Part shown: positions 34,721 through 48,410 of the stretch, one piece after another
Numbering within the stretch: the first letter of the stretch is position 1
Layout of the letters: each line of letters begins with the position of its first letter
Assembly (NCBI GenBank): GCA_051942245.1
Contig: JAVECL010000042.1
Location: 1-64,000, forward strand
Origin: Trypethelium eluteriae
Lineage: Eukaryota
Reading direction: 5' to 3'
Length of the DNA stretch: 64,000 bases
The notes under the pieces: generated by a model
What the model was told of the DNA's origin: nothing
The model's database searches: none
Seen by the model: only the letters and a program-made list of their open reading frames with translations
Position numbers and translations under genes: made by a program

Positions 34721-37700
34721 ATGTCGGACGCCCAGGCACAACAGTGAGTGCCGCGCCTCATGCATATATATGCTCTTCGCTAATTGAATTGTTCACCAGC
34801 GCCCCTGGCGGTCACTACTCGGCGGCAAATCCAGTACCAACGATCAACAAGTTCATCGCGAATTTGGATAAGGAAAAAAAGGAGCGGGACAAGGAGGTCG
34901 ATAGAATCAACAAGGAGAAGAAGCGAGCTCAGAAGGCTGGTCAAGATGGCGATGTCATGCCCCACCAGGAAACGACTCATATCAAGGCGCATCAGAAAGA
35001 AGTTACAGACCCTGTGACGGGGAAGCAGGTGGTCATAGAAGATGTTAACAAAGACATGGTCAAGAACGTGGAAAACCCAGTGGTGAGAGAATATTATAGA
35101 CCAATTGAGTAACGCCATCTCTAATCATATACATCTAGTTATCTGTACCCAATGCGAATCTTGGCAAAGATACTGTGAGCTCCAAACAGCTTTTCCACCC
35201 TTGAGTCCTCCTTACTAATATTGCAACTCATAGCCTGTCAAGACCGACCCTTCCCAATCCAATCCAGAATACAAGGAAGTTCAAGATATCACTGCTCCGC
35301 CAGACCCAGTCGAGCCCGGCAGCACCTCTGATGTGCCAATCCACGGAGAAAAGACTAATATATTGTTCCATCCCACACCGTCTATAAGCTACGAGCCCAC
35401 ATTCGCCGCCTTGGAAAGGAGAGCAGGAACTCTCTGCATTGGTATTTTTGCTGCAATCGTCATCCTCGGCAGGATGTTTGGCGGTAAATTGATCGGCTTG
35501 ATACCTTTGGCAATGTGTGTGACTTCAGGCGTCTGGCTGTGGGCGAAAGAGGTAGTTCGGAGTGGGCGAGAAGTTGAGTGGGAAAGCGAAAAGACTCGTG
35601 GGGAGACGGTACGTCGGATCATATCGATGCAAAAATTAATGCTAAGACCCGGTAGGCTACAGCAAATCTTCTACCAGAGTCGGTAGAATGGATGAACACT
35701 CTCTTAGGTACTGTGTGGGGTTTGATTAATCCAGACATGTTTCAAAGTGTGGCAGACACGCTTGAGGATGTTATGCAAGCCTCCGTACCTGGCGTCATCG
35801 AAAATGTCCGAGTGGCAGAAATAAACCAGGGCAGCAATCCTATCCGCATTCTTAGTCTGCGAGCTCTTCCCGACTCTCACATGAAGGATCTCAAGACAGC
35901 GATTCATGAAGAGAATAAAAAGACCAAGGATCCTCAAGAAGCAGCTGCTGATGAGGAGGGTGGTGATGCCTACAACATTGAATGTTCCTTTGCCTACCAC
36001 GCTTCACCAACAGGCAAGCGAGCTTCAGACAAGGCTCGTAACATGCATATGCAGCTTGTGTTCTATCTCGGCATCAAGGGTCTATTTGGAGTTCCGTTGC
36101 CAATTTTCGTGGAGCTCCAAAGCCTGGTCGGAACCGTACGGTTACGACTGGCTATGACTCCAGAGCCTCCATTCTTAAAGACTTTGACTTTCACGCTAAT
36201 GGGTCTACCGCAAGTCCAAGCTGGCTGCATTCCTATGGTAGAGAAAGGGGTCAATATCTTGAACTTGCCACTTATCTCGAATTTCGTCAACTACGCAATC
36301 GGTGCGGCAGCAAGCATGTATGTGGCTCCTAAGATGATGACCATGGACATGCGAGCCATGCTCCAGGGCGATGACATACAGAAAGACGTTCAGGCCCTCG
36401 GCGCGTTGTGGATTCGAATACATCGTGCAGTAGGTCTCAGCAAGCAAGACAAGCGTGGTAGTAAGCACGGTGGCAGCGATCCTTACATCACACTGGCATT
36501 CTCGAAATATGGAAAACCAATGTATTGCACTCGAGTCATCACAGACGACTTGAATCCGATCTGGGAGGAGACTGCTGCGCTTTTGGTCACACCAGAATAC
36601 ATCAAAGCCAACGAAAACCTGAGCGTCGAGCTCTGGGATTCTGATCGTCATAGCGCAGATGACATCGTGGGTAAAGTCGAACTATCGATGCAGAAGATGA
36701 TCCAGCACCCAGGAAAGATGTACCCTCAAGTCTCCAAACTCACTGGCATGGATGCCGAGAGCGAAATGCCCGGTGAACTACACTGGGAGATTGGATTTTT
36801 CGGCAAACCCAAGTTTAGACCAGCTTTACGTACGGATGGCAAGAATAAGAACTTACCTGATCAGCTCAAAGACCATCCTGAGCTTCAGGATGAGAAGGGA
36901 ACGTTGAACACAGAGCAGGATGACGCTGTTGCGCATACACCGCCAGATCCATTATGGCCTAGTGGTATCTGTAGCGTCATTATCCATCAAATTGTCAACC
37001 TTGAACTCGAAAACGTCGCTGGTAGTGATGGCAACCGCAATGGACGCGAATATGAGCCTGCGAAGCCGTATGGTGAAAGTACCGAAGAGTCGGGTAAGGA
37101 CCTTCCAACGAGTTACTGCACCATACTTTTCAATGATGAGCTTGTAAGTCACAACCACTCTATTCATCTTTGTTCGGAAGACCCTAGATGTATTCTGATT
37201 CTATTTCTAGATCTACCGCACGCGTTCCAAGGCTGTAAGCAGCCAACCTATTTTCAACGCTGGTACTGAACGCTTCATTCGCGACTGGCGGAGTGCGATA
37301 ATCACTGTCACGGTTCGCGACTCTCGTCACCGACAACATGACCCCATCCTCGGTGTTGTGCCCCTCAAACTCTCCGACATTCTCGAAACCTCCTCTCAAG
37401 CGACCCGTTGGTACCCACTCGACGGCGGCATTGGATTTGGCCGCATTCGTATCTCACTTCTCTTCCGCAGTGTCGAGACTCGACTTCCTCCGAACATGTT
37501 AGGCTGGGATGTGGGCAGTTTCGAGTTCACCAGCGAGCGAATCCTAGCGACAGGCTACAGTCAAAGTGCCAAGCTCAAGATGCGAACCGGTGGATCCATC
37601 GGCTACATTTCGCGTACTCAGTGTGACAAACTTCCCGAAGGCGACGGCGTCTTCTTCGACCTCTCCAAAAACCCCGAAAAGAACGCCAAGAACAACTCGA

Positions 37701-38722
37701 CGCACCTCCCCGTCAAATACCGCTACCGCTCGCCCGTCGTCTTCGAATTCCATGTCCCCAACAAACGCAAAGCCGACGCCTACGCCGTCATCTGGCTGCA
37801 CCACCTCATCGACAACGAGGACACTCCGATCAACATCCCCATCTGGCAGACATCGGCGCCCGCGCGCCTGTGCCAGAACTACATCACGGACAGCAACAAG
37901 ACGGACGAGCCGGGGCTGGACGACCTCAAGGAAGTCGGTCGGCTGCAGTTCCGCGCGCGCTTCAAAGCGGGGATGGACGACAGCCACGAGCGCTTCGTCG
38001 CAGACAACGACTCGCGCGAGACCTTCGAGACGTGGGAGGCGTGCTTCGCCGAGGGCGTGCGCACCCGCAGCGTCGACAAGGAGCTGCCGGATCGCGTGCA
38101 GACGCTGCACGATGAGAGTCTGATGCAGGGGCGGGATGTGCTGAAGGGGGCGAGCGGGGCGGAGAAGCGGAAGTGGTTGGATAAGGAAGGCGCGGATTGG
38201 TCGGGTGCGTTCGGCCATGATCCTAAGGCGTATGTGGATGCGGAGGGAAGGAAGCGACGGGAGCCCGGGAAGGAAGAGCCGCTACATGATCCGCATCATC
38301 CGGATGTGGAGGATGGGAATGTGGAGGGGGCGGATGAGAGTGATGAGGAGGATGGAGATGAGGATTCTGATGATCAGGATCTGGGGATTAGGGATGCGAC
38401 GAATACGAATGGCGGGGAGGTGAACGGTGTTGGAGGCGCCGATGGTCCTGACGAGGGTCGCGCGTCTCTGGCGACGCAGCGGACGGGCACGACGCAGGAT
38501 TCGGGGATGAGTCGCTCGACGACGCAGGATAGCAAGAGCATGAACAAGCAGAACAGGCGGACGGAGCAACGGAAGCAGCGCGGTCTGATGCAGTGGAAGC
38601 CAGCGCGGAACGTCAAATTTGCAAAAGACGAGGCGGTGATAGGATTGAGGAAGTTAAGAAACACGGTTACAGGAGGATTGGAGGGACGGAAGCCGGGAGT
38701 GGAGACTGAGACTGGAACCTAG
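34721..38722 (+). CDS. SMP and C2-domain membrane protein, Mug190-like, multi-exon
   Basis: YSAANPVPTI, DPVTG, TM hairpin, PESVEWMN (SMP start), C2 motifs SDPY/DLNPIWEE/LWDSD, C-terminal RGLMQWKPARN...VETE. Confidence 0.85.
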
Positions 38723-39106
38723 GCTAATGAAGCCTGCCTTTTGAGGTAAGCGAGGAATTCGTGAATTATAGACAGGATATTAAATCCTGATACTGCTGTT
38801 TTTTATTTAATTATATCTCCATCTCCTACTAGCATATGCGAGGCTAGGGATCGAGAGCTATGGAAGGAGCGCTCTGAGCATGGTATAATGGCAACAATTC
38901 AAACCGCAACATCATATCCAGACCTTACTAGCTATGGGTCGAATGCTCCCATTGTCATGATTCGGAAATACGTCAATCCAATCAACAAAAGGTTACGCGG
39001 AAAATCTGAAATAGCTGAAAGATCTCTGCGGTGAACGGCTCCGCCTGAGGTCACTTGGCGTCCCTCCTTGGGTCAGTACTCCATACCGTGACACTCAAAT
39101 CCCGAT

Positions 39107-42100
39107 CTATGCATTTATATCGACAGGGTGCCATTCCAATGCCGAAGCTGCAAACTCGTCGGTGTCCATTCTTAAATACCATGAGGTCATCTGCGACGCC
39201 GGATGGTTATTTAGGGCGCACCTGAACAGAGCACTAGCGAATTGCTTGGCGAATTTGTCCTCGCTCAATTTGACACGCTTGTGGCGTCTAATCATGATTT
39301 CGATGTCTGTTTCCTGGACGGCGTGAGCTCGGATAAAAGCTGCGAAAAGCGGTGCGTCTTCAAGTGTGATAGCTCGGTAAAGCAATGCCGTAACTTCAGC
39401 CGTTTTGGCAACCTTGGCTGAGGTTTGGCACGCCTGAGGTTCTCCATACTCCAGCAAAAAAACCAGAAATTCGGTACTTGCAGGCCTGTTCTCGTTTACA
39501 TTTTTCAGAAAGTCATGCAGAGCAATATCCCACGGTGTTCTACCGTGCTGATCCCTTTCACTCATTGGTGCGTCAAATTCACGAAGGAGACTGCAGAAGG
39601 ATAATCTTTGCTCCCCAGACGATCGAATGACGTTCCAGGAATCCAATAGTACCAGATGGAAGGCTGTAAGACCAAAACGATCCTTTTCGCGCACATCTGC
39701 AAGACCAGCATCAAGCAACAGTCTCCCAGCCTCCACATGCGCACACATTGCTGTAAGAAGAAACGGGCTTCGGCCATCAATATTGCCTTCCAGACTAACG
39801 GATGCAGCTGGTTTCTGCAAAAACAATTTCATCATCTCTACATCGCCAGATCGAGCGCACATATGCAGGGGCGTCTCAAGCTCTGAGGGCTTGACAATGC
39901 TGTCTGCCCTTATCAACGGGGCAATAGCTTGAACAGCCGCAAAATCACCAGACTCGATGGCGGCAGCTATTGGAGTCTCGTCAAGATCATTTGCGATCGT
40001 GACTTCGGCTCCATACTGCAGTAATAAGCGAGCTATATCTTTTCGAGAGCTATGAACTGCCATGTTGAATGGTGTATTGCCAACGTAGTCGCGGGCATTA
40101 ACAGCTGCGCCATATTGAAGTAGGGCCATGGCGATCTCCCGATTCTTCTTCAGAATAGCACAATGAAGTGGGGTTCCCCACATCAAAGATTGGCAGTTCA
40201 CACTTGCTTCATATCTCAATAGAACTTGCACAACATCAAGAGCTTCGTGGAGACAGGCCCAATGCAAAGCAGATCGACCTTCGTTATCAAGAACCTCGAT
40301 ATCAGCGCCCCGTGAGAGTAGCCATTCACTATTACTAGCTGAATGGCTGATGAGCAGTGCCGTTTTTCCGCCCAAGTCTCTTGAATGGAGCAATTCAGGT
40401 GCTTCACGGAGTATGTACTGCGAAGCACAATCATATGGGCCTGTGACAGCAAGGTGGAGAGGTGAGCGGTGACCAGAATCAACTGCTTGTAGGCCGCTCT
40501 GGCCAGATTCCTTGATAATCCTCTAAATGTTAATTGAGGAGGGAGTGTTCCTGTGACTGGCAAGCTGCGCCGCAAAGTGAATAGGATAAGTATACTTTTG
40601 CTTGTCCTGGGGGCCTCCCAAGACATGTTCAGCAAGGAGAGGGTCGGCTTCAACGAGCGCAGACACGACAGCTGTGTCGTTGAAGTCGATCGCTTGCATA
40701 AGGGGGCTTACTCCGCTTGAAGTCGCAAATCGAAGTTTTTGCTTAGCTTGGAAGCCAACCGCCTGCGCAAGAGTATCTTTGGTATCTTGGATCTTTCTGA
40801 TTGTATCCATCAAATTCTTCTTCTGGTCTTTTCCGTGTATAGCACGCCTTTCCACTGGAGATGAGAAGCTAAGAGCACATGCATACGGCACGGATGACTT
40901 CGGAAAACCAGACGACAGATATCCTAAAAGTACATCTAGAACATCAGGCAGGTGATATTTGATGGCAAGATGAAGTGAATTCCAGTGAGAGCGATGATCG
41001 GTTTCTCCAAATTGGCCCAAATGATAGACTAGGGCTTTGGGATCCGCTCCAAGCTCGAGAAGTGCAAGAACCGCGTCTTTGGACCTCGATGCTATTGCAA
41101 ATGCTATCGGTGTCCCGAGTAGCTGCAGAGGCCACTGCTTATGCAGAACATTAACGGTATGAGAAGGGGCATGGAGAGCCGGATCATCTATATACGGGGT
41201 TAGCTTTTCGCGAGTGAAACTCCGAACAGAGTCACCAAGCAGAAATAACCAATGAAATGCATTTGTGCCATCAATACATCTGGCTTGTGGGCTTTCGCCC
41301 TGTTTCAGAAGCGCTAAAGCAGCTCCGACCAGTCCGGTACGAATAGCATGAACCAGAGGTGTCTGGTTTGAATTGGGAGCAAGCCCAGCGGCATCAAGAT
41401 TGCGTCGGCTTTTACTGCTAAGTTTTGTACTGAGGGTCATCAAAAGCGATAAGTCTCTAAACAGGATTAGGGTGTCGGCGACGTCCAGAGGCTTATCAAG
41501 ATCGTTAATCCAGACTGATCTAGTAGATAGATCCAGTCTCTCTGAATTTGACAAGATCCACGAAGAGAACTCCGTGTAATTTGGGAAGCGGATCTGCTTC
41601 GATTTGATGTTGCCAAGATTGAAGCTAATTGATTTGTCTCTAACCAGTGATGGCGTTGTGCAAAAGGCTGAGACGACAATAGAGTTGTACCATTCCGTGT
41701 TACAGGTATTTTGGAGACTGTCAGGAATGAGCACGGTCGTGAGGCTGGTCAGTATCTGGTCATAACCTTGTGCCTTCTTTGCAAATTCGGCAGCCAGCTG
41801 TAAATTCTGTGGGGTACCAAATTCGAGGAAATGGCAGAGGGCCAGCTCCCAGGCAGATTCCATGGCTTGCCTGGTCTGTTTATTCAATGAGTTATGACAT
41901 CTCTCAAAATCATGGAAAATTTGCTCCTGGATGCTCCATGAAATCTCAAACCCGCCATCCGCCCGAAACATCTGGGTTCAAACGTTATCACAACGCCTTC
42001 TTGAGCAGTGAGGAACATACCTCGAAAGACCAGTCAGACGTCCCCGAGTGCAAAGCAAGATTGGCATCCAGCTTTGCTGAACTATTGTTACTTTACGATC

Positions 42101-43357
42101 GTCAGCACACCAGTTCCGTAGATTTCCTAGGCAGGTGCTCCCTTACTGCCATTGAGAGACAACGGGCAATGCCGCTAAATCTGAAGTTCGCGATGCCGAA
42201 TCAATTTTGAGAGTGAGATTGAACAGTCCTCGGAAGAAAGGCCCCTGCAGAGTACCTGGCGTGGGTGGAACGGCACTTTTGGCTAATTCTAATAGAGAGG
42301 AGAACTCGTGACTGCTAAGTAGCGATCGAGATGTCTCAGGGGCCTCCTTGCGTGTGGGCAAGTGATCTATGTAGCGATCGCCATCCAGAAGAGCCTCCCA
42401 AGCAAGCAAGCCAAACGTCCAAACGTCGCATTTATACAGCTGGCTGCAACCCAGTCGGTCGGACTGTTGCGTGGAAACTTCAGGTGCATTATAACTGGAG
42501 CGCCAAGTCAGCAAGAGGTCATTTAGAAAAGTATAGATAGATGCTACAAACAGTGGTGTGCCATCGTATCTTGGTGGAGGGCGATCTTTGTCAGTTGCAA
42601 GAAGCAAAAGAGAATGACCGAAGTCAGCTAATTTAGCCACCACTCCAGAAGGCCGGTCCCACGAGTGAAAAATGAGGACATTCTCCAGTTTTAAATCTCC
42701 GTGTACAATGCATGCACAATGGAGAGCAGCAGTTCCAAGGGCCACGTCTCCAAGCAATATCTCCTTGTGGCGTAGCTTGAGATTGTTCGATTGCAAGTAG
42801 TCTCGGAAAGTTCCACAGGAACTATATTCCACCAAGATGTAAGGAAGAATGCGATTCTGTTGATTACTCCAGCCGTACGCCACAAGGTTGAGAATATTCG
42901 GGTGGGCACGGAGGGGTTTATGGTGCATTATACGCAGCTCTAATAACACAGAATTGAGTCTCCGTAAGAATTTTGTAGTGTCATTTGATACGTTACTGAT
43001 CTTCAACATTTTTATCGCGAGAACTCGCTTCCCGACGATACACCTTTCGACAATGTAGGTTTCACCCTGCCCCACAGTCTCGGCGCGTTCCACCTCTTCA
43101 TCAGAGTATCTTGGGAGCTGCAGCTTTTGTATTGTCTTCAGCACATCATCGAGACCTTGTAAGCGCAAGCTTGAGGCGCTGCTTAAACCAATCGAGTCAA
43201 TGCTCGAGATGCGAGTTCGAGATAGGCGTGTTACCCAGCTCAGGGCGGAAGATTGTGTCTGAATCCAAAATATATTAGTATAGAAGGCCAAAAATCAGTA
43301 AATCTAAGCTCGAAGACATACCTCAATTAGCTCGAAACTCGATGTATTAGATTCCAT
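39107..43357 (-). CDS. Ser/Thr kinase with Sel1-like motif and long ankyrin array (about 1341 aa), containing an in-frame TAG at 40525-40523
   Basis: Exons 43357-43322, 43258-42552, 42494-42147, 42090-42021 and 41971-39107 in frame. Motifs VGQGETYIV, LAIK, HGDLKLEN, ADFG, GTPLYNAPE, DVWTFG; many TPLH/SALH ankyrin repeats. Confidence 0.8.
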
Positions 43358-43682
43358 AGCGTAGATATATAGCTTCTAAGTCTTGAATTCACTACATCCT
43401 TTCTGTGCCGGTGCTCACATTGCCCCAACAATGCTGGAGTTACGACTGCTCATGTCCAACACACCGGAATCAGGCTGGAGTGAGGCTAGGTGCCATAAAA
43501 AGAAACGCTTGTGAGGCTGGTTCTAGCCAATGTGCTGAATGCATAGGTGCTTCAGCGTGACAGGCGAGGCTGCGTCAAGGCTGATACAACATAACGTCGG
43601 GGCCTCGCCGAAGCCTATTTAAACAGCTGTGCGCAGTTCCGACGGACTTCATGACTTTCCTTGCCGGCTAAGTTTCGTTCGG

Positions 43683-45396
43683 ATGGATCCTTTGAGTATT
43701 GCTGGACTGACCCTTGCGGTGTTTGACCAGCTATGGAAATTGGGTAAAGCAACAGCTGAGCTTCTCTCTACGTACAGAGCTTTTGATAGCGTACGAGTCG
43801 AAGTGAATGCGCGTCCAAACCCGACTAAGAGCTCATAGGAATCGAGGAGTCTTGAGAATAAGACCAGGGATGAAACTCATCGAACTCGAGCCTTGCGGTT
43901 ACTGTTATTCCAGCCATCTCCAGTCTGTATGACCGTCGATAATCGATACTGAAGCGATGTTGAACCATATTTAGGAGTACGATGGTGATGCTTTGTTCGA
44001 GCAATTTGATGAAGAAGTTCAAAATGAGATTCAGCTGTTCTTAGAAGAATTATGCAGCGTCGTTGAGGAAGCTCATCGGCTTCTGAGTCGCCCGCGGCGG
44101 GCCGACAAAACAATCGCGTCGGACGGAAATTCTACCTCTAGCATCTCTAAACGATTGCGATGGACATTACTCGACAAGAAACGTATCACGACGCTTATCA
44201 AGGACTTCGCCGAGCTCAATGGTAGGATTCTTGCTAACATCAAGCTATGGTGCCTGTCTATGTCAATCGGTGTCAATTTACAGCACCTGCGACGCCTGGA
44301 AAACGATTCCAACTCAAAAAAGCTGGGATTCGACGTCGATGCAAGACTTCACTTGGCCGCAAGCTATGCGGAGAGCACCGAGGAAACGTCAGAGCTTAAG
44401 GATCCAAAGCTTCTGCCCGCCGTCGAGAACGCAAAGAGATTTGGAGACAAGTTTGGTGTCATTGAGTGGGAGGGAAAACCAGCATTAGTTGAATTCCGCT
44501 CCTACGATAGCGATGCACCAGTTCCAGTTGTCATCGACTCTCGAACAAGAGAACTTGTGGACCACCTGGCGAAACTGCTTCACCAACCAAAAGAGCTCCT
44601 ATTCAGAATGCCCTCTTGTATAGATTGGATACTAAAGCCTCTGACCAACGAATATTCCTTCATCTTTGCGGTGCCACCTGGCGTACGTCCGGATCCCATA
44701 AGCCTTTTCGAAGTCCTTTCCCTTTCGGTATCCATGAAACCATCCTTAGGTGATAAATTTCGTTTGGCACTTGGCCTGGCGCGATGTATTTCGCAGCTTC
44801 AACTTGTCAAATGGGTTTGCTTCCTGCCCCGTCTGGGCATAGATATTCTGACTTCTGAACAGGTGCACGAAAGCTTTCGCAGCGCTAACATACTTTTCTT
44901 TCCCACTGAGGATGGCAACGAGCGTTCGAGTGAATCCCGCAGAAATCTCGACTTCTCTCAGCCCTGGGTGCTTGGTTTTGATTTCAGCCGTCCCGAGAGA
45001 TATTTTTCATCTGGCATTGAAGACACATGCCCGCTTCGCGATGTTTACCGACATCCTGAACGTCAGCAAAGCCCATCATGCCCTTTCAACAAGCTACACG
45101 ATATATACGCCCTTGGTGTTGTGCTATTAGAGACTGGCCTTTGGCAGCCTGCCATATCTCTTGAGAAGGACCAGTTCAAAAAATTGCGGGATCCAATGTC
45201 GATCAAGAAATGCCTCATTGCGCAAGCAGAGAAGCGCCTGGCCTCTCGAACAGGGGAAAAGTACAAGACGGTTGTTCTAAAATGCTTAAATGGCGACTTC
45301 AAAGTCATGGATGACACAAAAGAGGATGCAAAATTGCAACGAGAGTTCCGCACTCAGGTTGTGGATATTCTAGAGAAAGCCGTTGATAGCATTTGA
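43683..45396 (+). CDS. HeLo-like domain fused to a pseudokinase, about 521 aa
   Basis: Exons 43683-43790, 43839-43922, 43975-44814 and 44863-45396. MDPLSIAGLTLAVF N-terminus, KRLRWTLLDKKRITTLIKDFAELN, WVHESFRSANILF, LGFDFSRP, YRHP, HDIYALG. Confidence 0.85.
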
Positions 45397-46449
45397 CAAA
45401 TTCTCATCAGCCAGTTGCGGCTTTTAGCGTCAGACACAACGCCATAGAACACCAATTCGCTTTTATCCTGCACATACTCATTGTCCCAATGCTAATCTCA
45501 GTCAAACCTTTCAATTCTATCACTGTGAACTGAAAGTTAAAGGCCGCTTTTTGTGGCTGATGACGAAGTGATCAACGAGAAGAGCACGGGCTATTCGCTA
45601 GGTCAAGGCGGCGCGGAAGCCGACGAAACTCCAGCCTCAGACAAGATCTATCGTGACTGGAAATATCAGGAGAGAATTTAGATAGCTCGGGATATAGCCA
45701 GACGTCATTTACTTCCCTACCTTCTCTAGCAGGACATACCTTATATATGGAGTAATCTTAACGAACAAATGCGAATGAAGAGAAGGAAATCTTTGAATAC
45801 TTTGCGACTAGCATAGAGGCAGGGTCTAACTACGACTAAACCTATAATAGCAAGATTACCGTAGTCAGTTTCTTCCACTTATCTACCTACTGCGAGGTTG
45901 TTTCTGGTTTGCGAACGTTACCTACTCCACGCGATTCAAAGTGCCAAGGTCGCTTATTGCTGCAAGCGAAAAATGCTTTCGTTCTTGTACGCGTCTAGGT
46001 CAAGTCTCTTCAGTTTCTACCGTTCAATTGCATTCCTGTCCAGCAGGCACAGGTACCAGTGAGAATGCAGAGGGCCCCACATCTTGAACTTTCTGCTGCG
46101 CTCCTACGAAGTGGAGTGCTGTCTTTCACCTTGCTATTGCTTACAACATCAGCGAATTTAAGGTTGTACTGAGGCGCAGTAGGGAAGATTACATTTTTTG
46201 CATTATAAATGCCCTTTCTTCCGAGTTTTCCCCTTATGCAGATTACGATAGAGTACCCCACCAGATGCCAGATTAATCATCTTTTTCCACACCATTACCG
46301 TTAGGATTGTTGTGTAAACATGAGTCTCGATTAATGAGATTTGACATGACCTTGCATATATTTAGCAGCTTACCCGTAGGGTGGCAAATACAGCTCAGCA
46401 AGATCTTGTAGCACAATCCTCTGATCTCAAAGTTTGCTCACCGTGCAGC

Positions 46450-47255
46450 ATGCCTACTACCAAGACGTTCGGCGTCCCCAGCCCTGCTAACAGAGCGATT
46501 GGTGGCGTTCCAGAGATACATTACTTTGACTCCCTTTCGAGGGGAAGGGGCCAAGTCATTCGTCTAATGTGCGAAGTGAGTTTGCCTTCGCATTAGCTCC
46601 GATGTTCTCTCTAACCTCCCTTAGGATGCCGGCCTCGCGTACAAGGACGTTCGCTACTCATTCGATGAATTCCCGAGCTTCAAGAGAGAGCAGCTGACTG
46701 ATCTGAACCCGCTTGGCTCTCTCCCGCTGGTATTGCTCAATGACAAGATCTTGACTCAGAGTTACGCCATCTTGAGACACTTTGCGAGGCAACTGGGCGC
46801 CTACGAGGGTGAGACGGAAGAGGAAAAGTACTGGACGGATGTGATATGTGATATTGTCATTGATTGTATGTGCCGCTACCACGAATCGGACACGCTATTG
46901 GAATTGACGATACATAACGTAAATCAAAGGGCGGACGAAATTTGTTGATGCTTATTTCAGCGACGGCCGAGAGCAAACTTACGGCGATTATTGCAGGAAC
47001 ACTCGTCCCGTATTCCTCAAGGGATTGGAGCGGCATCTTGAGTCCCATTCTACATCAACGTCTGGCTCTTTTGTCCTCGGTCAGAAGATTTCATACGCCG
47101 ATCTCGTACTCTACCAAATTTGTCATGATGACCAGCTAACGCAGGATGGTCGTGCCGGATTGAAAGAGTACCCAAGACTAAGTCAGCTTGTTGATGCCGT
47201 TGAAAACAGACCGAATGTTAAAGAATTTTTGGCAAGTGATCGGTATCTGGGTTAA
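46450..47255 (+). CDS. Glutathione S-transferase, 3 exons
   Basis: HYFDSLSRGRGQVIRL, NPLGSLP, LTQSYAILRH, ISYADLVLY. Confidence 0.9.
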
Positions 47256-47345
47256 AGTATTGACAGAGAAAGAAGGATACATATATGCAAACCGATGTTG
47301 AGATCTTCTGGTTAATAGGAATATAAAAAACGAGATGCATCTATC

Positions 47346-48410
47346 TCAGTTACTACCCATGTCGACCAGGATTTTGACCTGTTTGTCCTTATCTTTGAGT
47401 AAAGTCTCGAATCCTTCTTCCACTACGTCGTCTAGTTTGATCTTTTTGGTGATCATTTCCTGAGGGTGCATTTTTCCCTGCGAAATTGCATCAATGACTT
47501 CCTGAAAATCGCCTTGCACGTACGTTGCGATACCCATATATCTCTTCTCTTGGAATAGGAGATCGTTGGGCGTAATTTGAGCCGACTTCTCCCATACAGC
47601 TATATTGACCAGTGTGCCATGGGCGCGGAGTGAATGAATGGCCTGCGTCAACGCCGACTGCACTCCCGCAGCGTCAAACGCCACATCAGGACCCACACCA
47701 TTGCAAAGCCGTTTGCACTCTGAGACGACGTCATCCTTTGTAGGATCAAGAATAAAATCAGCACCGAATTGTTTCGCGTATTCCTTCCTGCGCGGTGAAA
47801 CTTCTGATACAATAATTTGTTTTGGACTCTTGGCTTTCAACGCTTGAATGACGGCCAGTCCAATTGGTCCACCGCCCAAAATCAGAACCGAATCTCCTGG
47901 CTTGTACGGAGAGATCTTGACGGCGTGCCAGCCCACGGATAGCGGCTCAATCAGCGCCCCAATCTCCAGTGACACGTTATCCGGTATCTTGTATATGCTC
48001 TTCTCTGGAGCAACGACATGCTCTGACAAGCCTCCACCCCATCCGCTCAGCCCGATAAAACCTCCACTGTAGCAGCAGTTGATCCAAGATTCTTTGCATG
48101 CTGCACAAGTGTCATCGTAAATGATTGGCTGTACCACAACTCTGTCTCCAGCTTTGACGCGTGTCACGCCCTCTCCGACTTCTTCTACCACGCCACTGAA
48201 TTCATGACCGAAGACAAGCGGTATCGACTCGCCGGTGAGGGGATGCGGGCTTGTCGGGCAGATATTTGGACCACCGACATACTCGTGTAAGTCACTCCCG
48301 CAGATGCCCACCCAAGCGGGCTTGAGCTTGACTTGGCCAGAACCACATTGGGGCACGGGAATATCTTCGAGGCGGAGGTCATGTTGACCGTGAAAGCGAA
48401 GGGCCTTCAT
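47346..48410 (-). CDS. Zinc-dependent MDR dehydrogenase, 2,3-butanediol dehydrogenase-like
   Basis: MKALRFHG, GICGSDLHEY, GHEFSG, GGGPIG, KILV; ATG at 48410. Confidence 0.9.
   Translation of the reverse strand: MKALRFHGQHDLRLEDIPVPQCGSGQVKLKPAWVGICGSDLHEYVGGPNICPTSPHPLTGESIPLVFGHEFSGVVEEVGEGVTRVKAGDRVVVQPIIYDDTCAACKESWINCCYSGGFIGLSGWGGGLSEHVVAPEKSIYKIPDNVSLEIGALIEPLSVGWHAVKISPYKPGDSVLILGGGPIGLAVIQALKAKSPKQIIVSEVSPRRKEYAKQFGADFILDPTKDDVVSECKRLCNGVGPDVAFDAAGVQSALTQAIHSLRAHGTLVNIAVWEKSAQITPNDLLFQEKRYMGIATYVQGDFQEVIDAISQGKMHPQEMITKKIKLDDVVEEGFETLLKDKDKQVKILVDMGSN

Noticed and set aside
37544..38664. Numerous long overlapping ORFs here and at 57300-58240
   Set aside because: Shadow ORFs caused by high GC3 codon bias in conserved genes.
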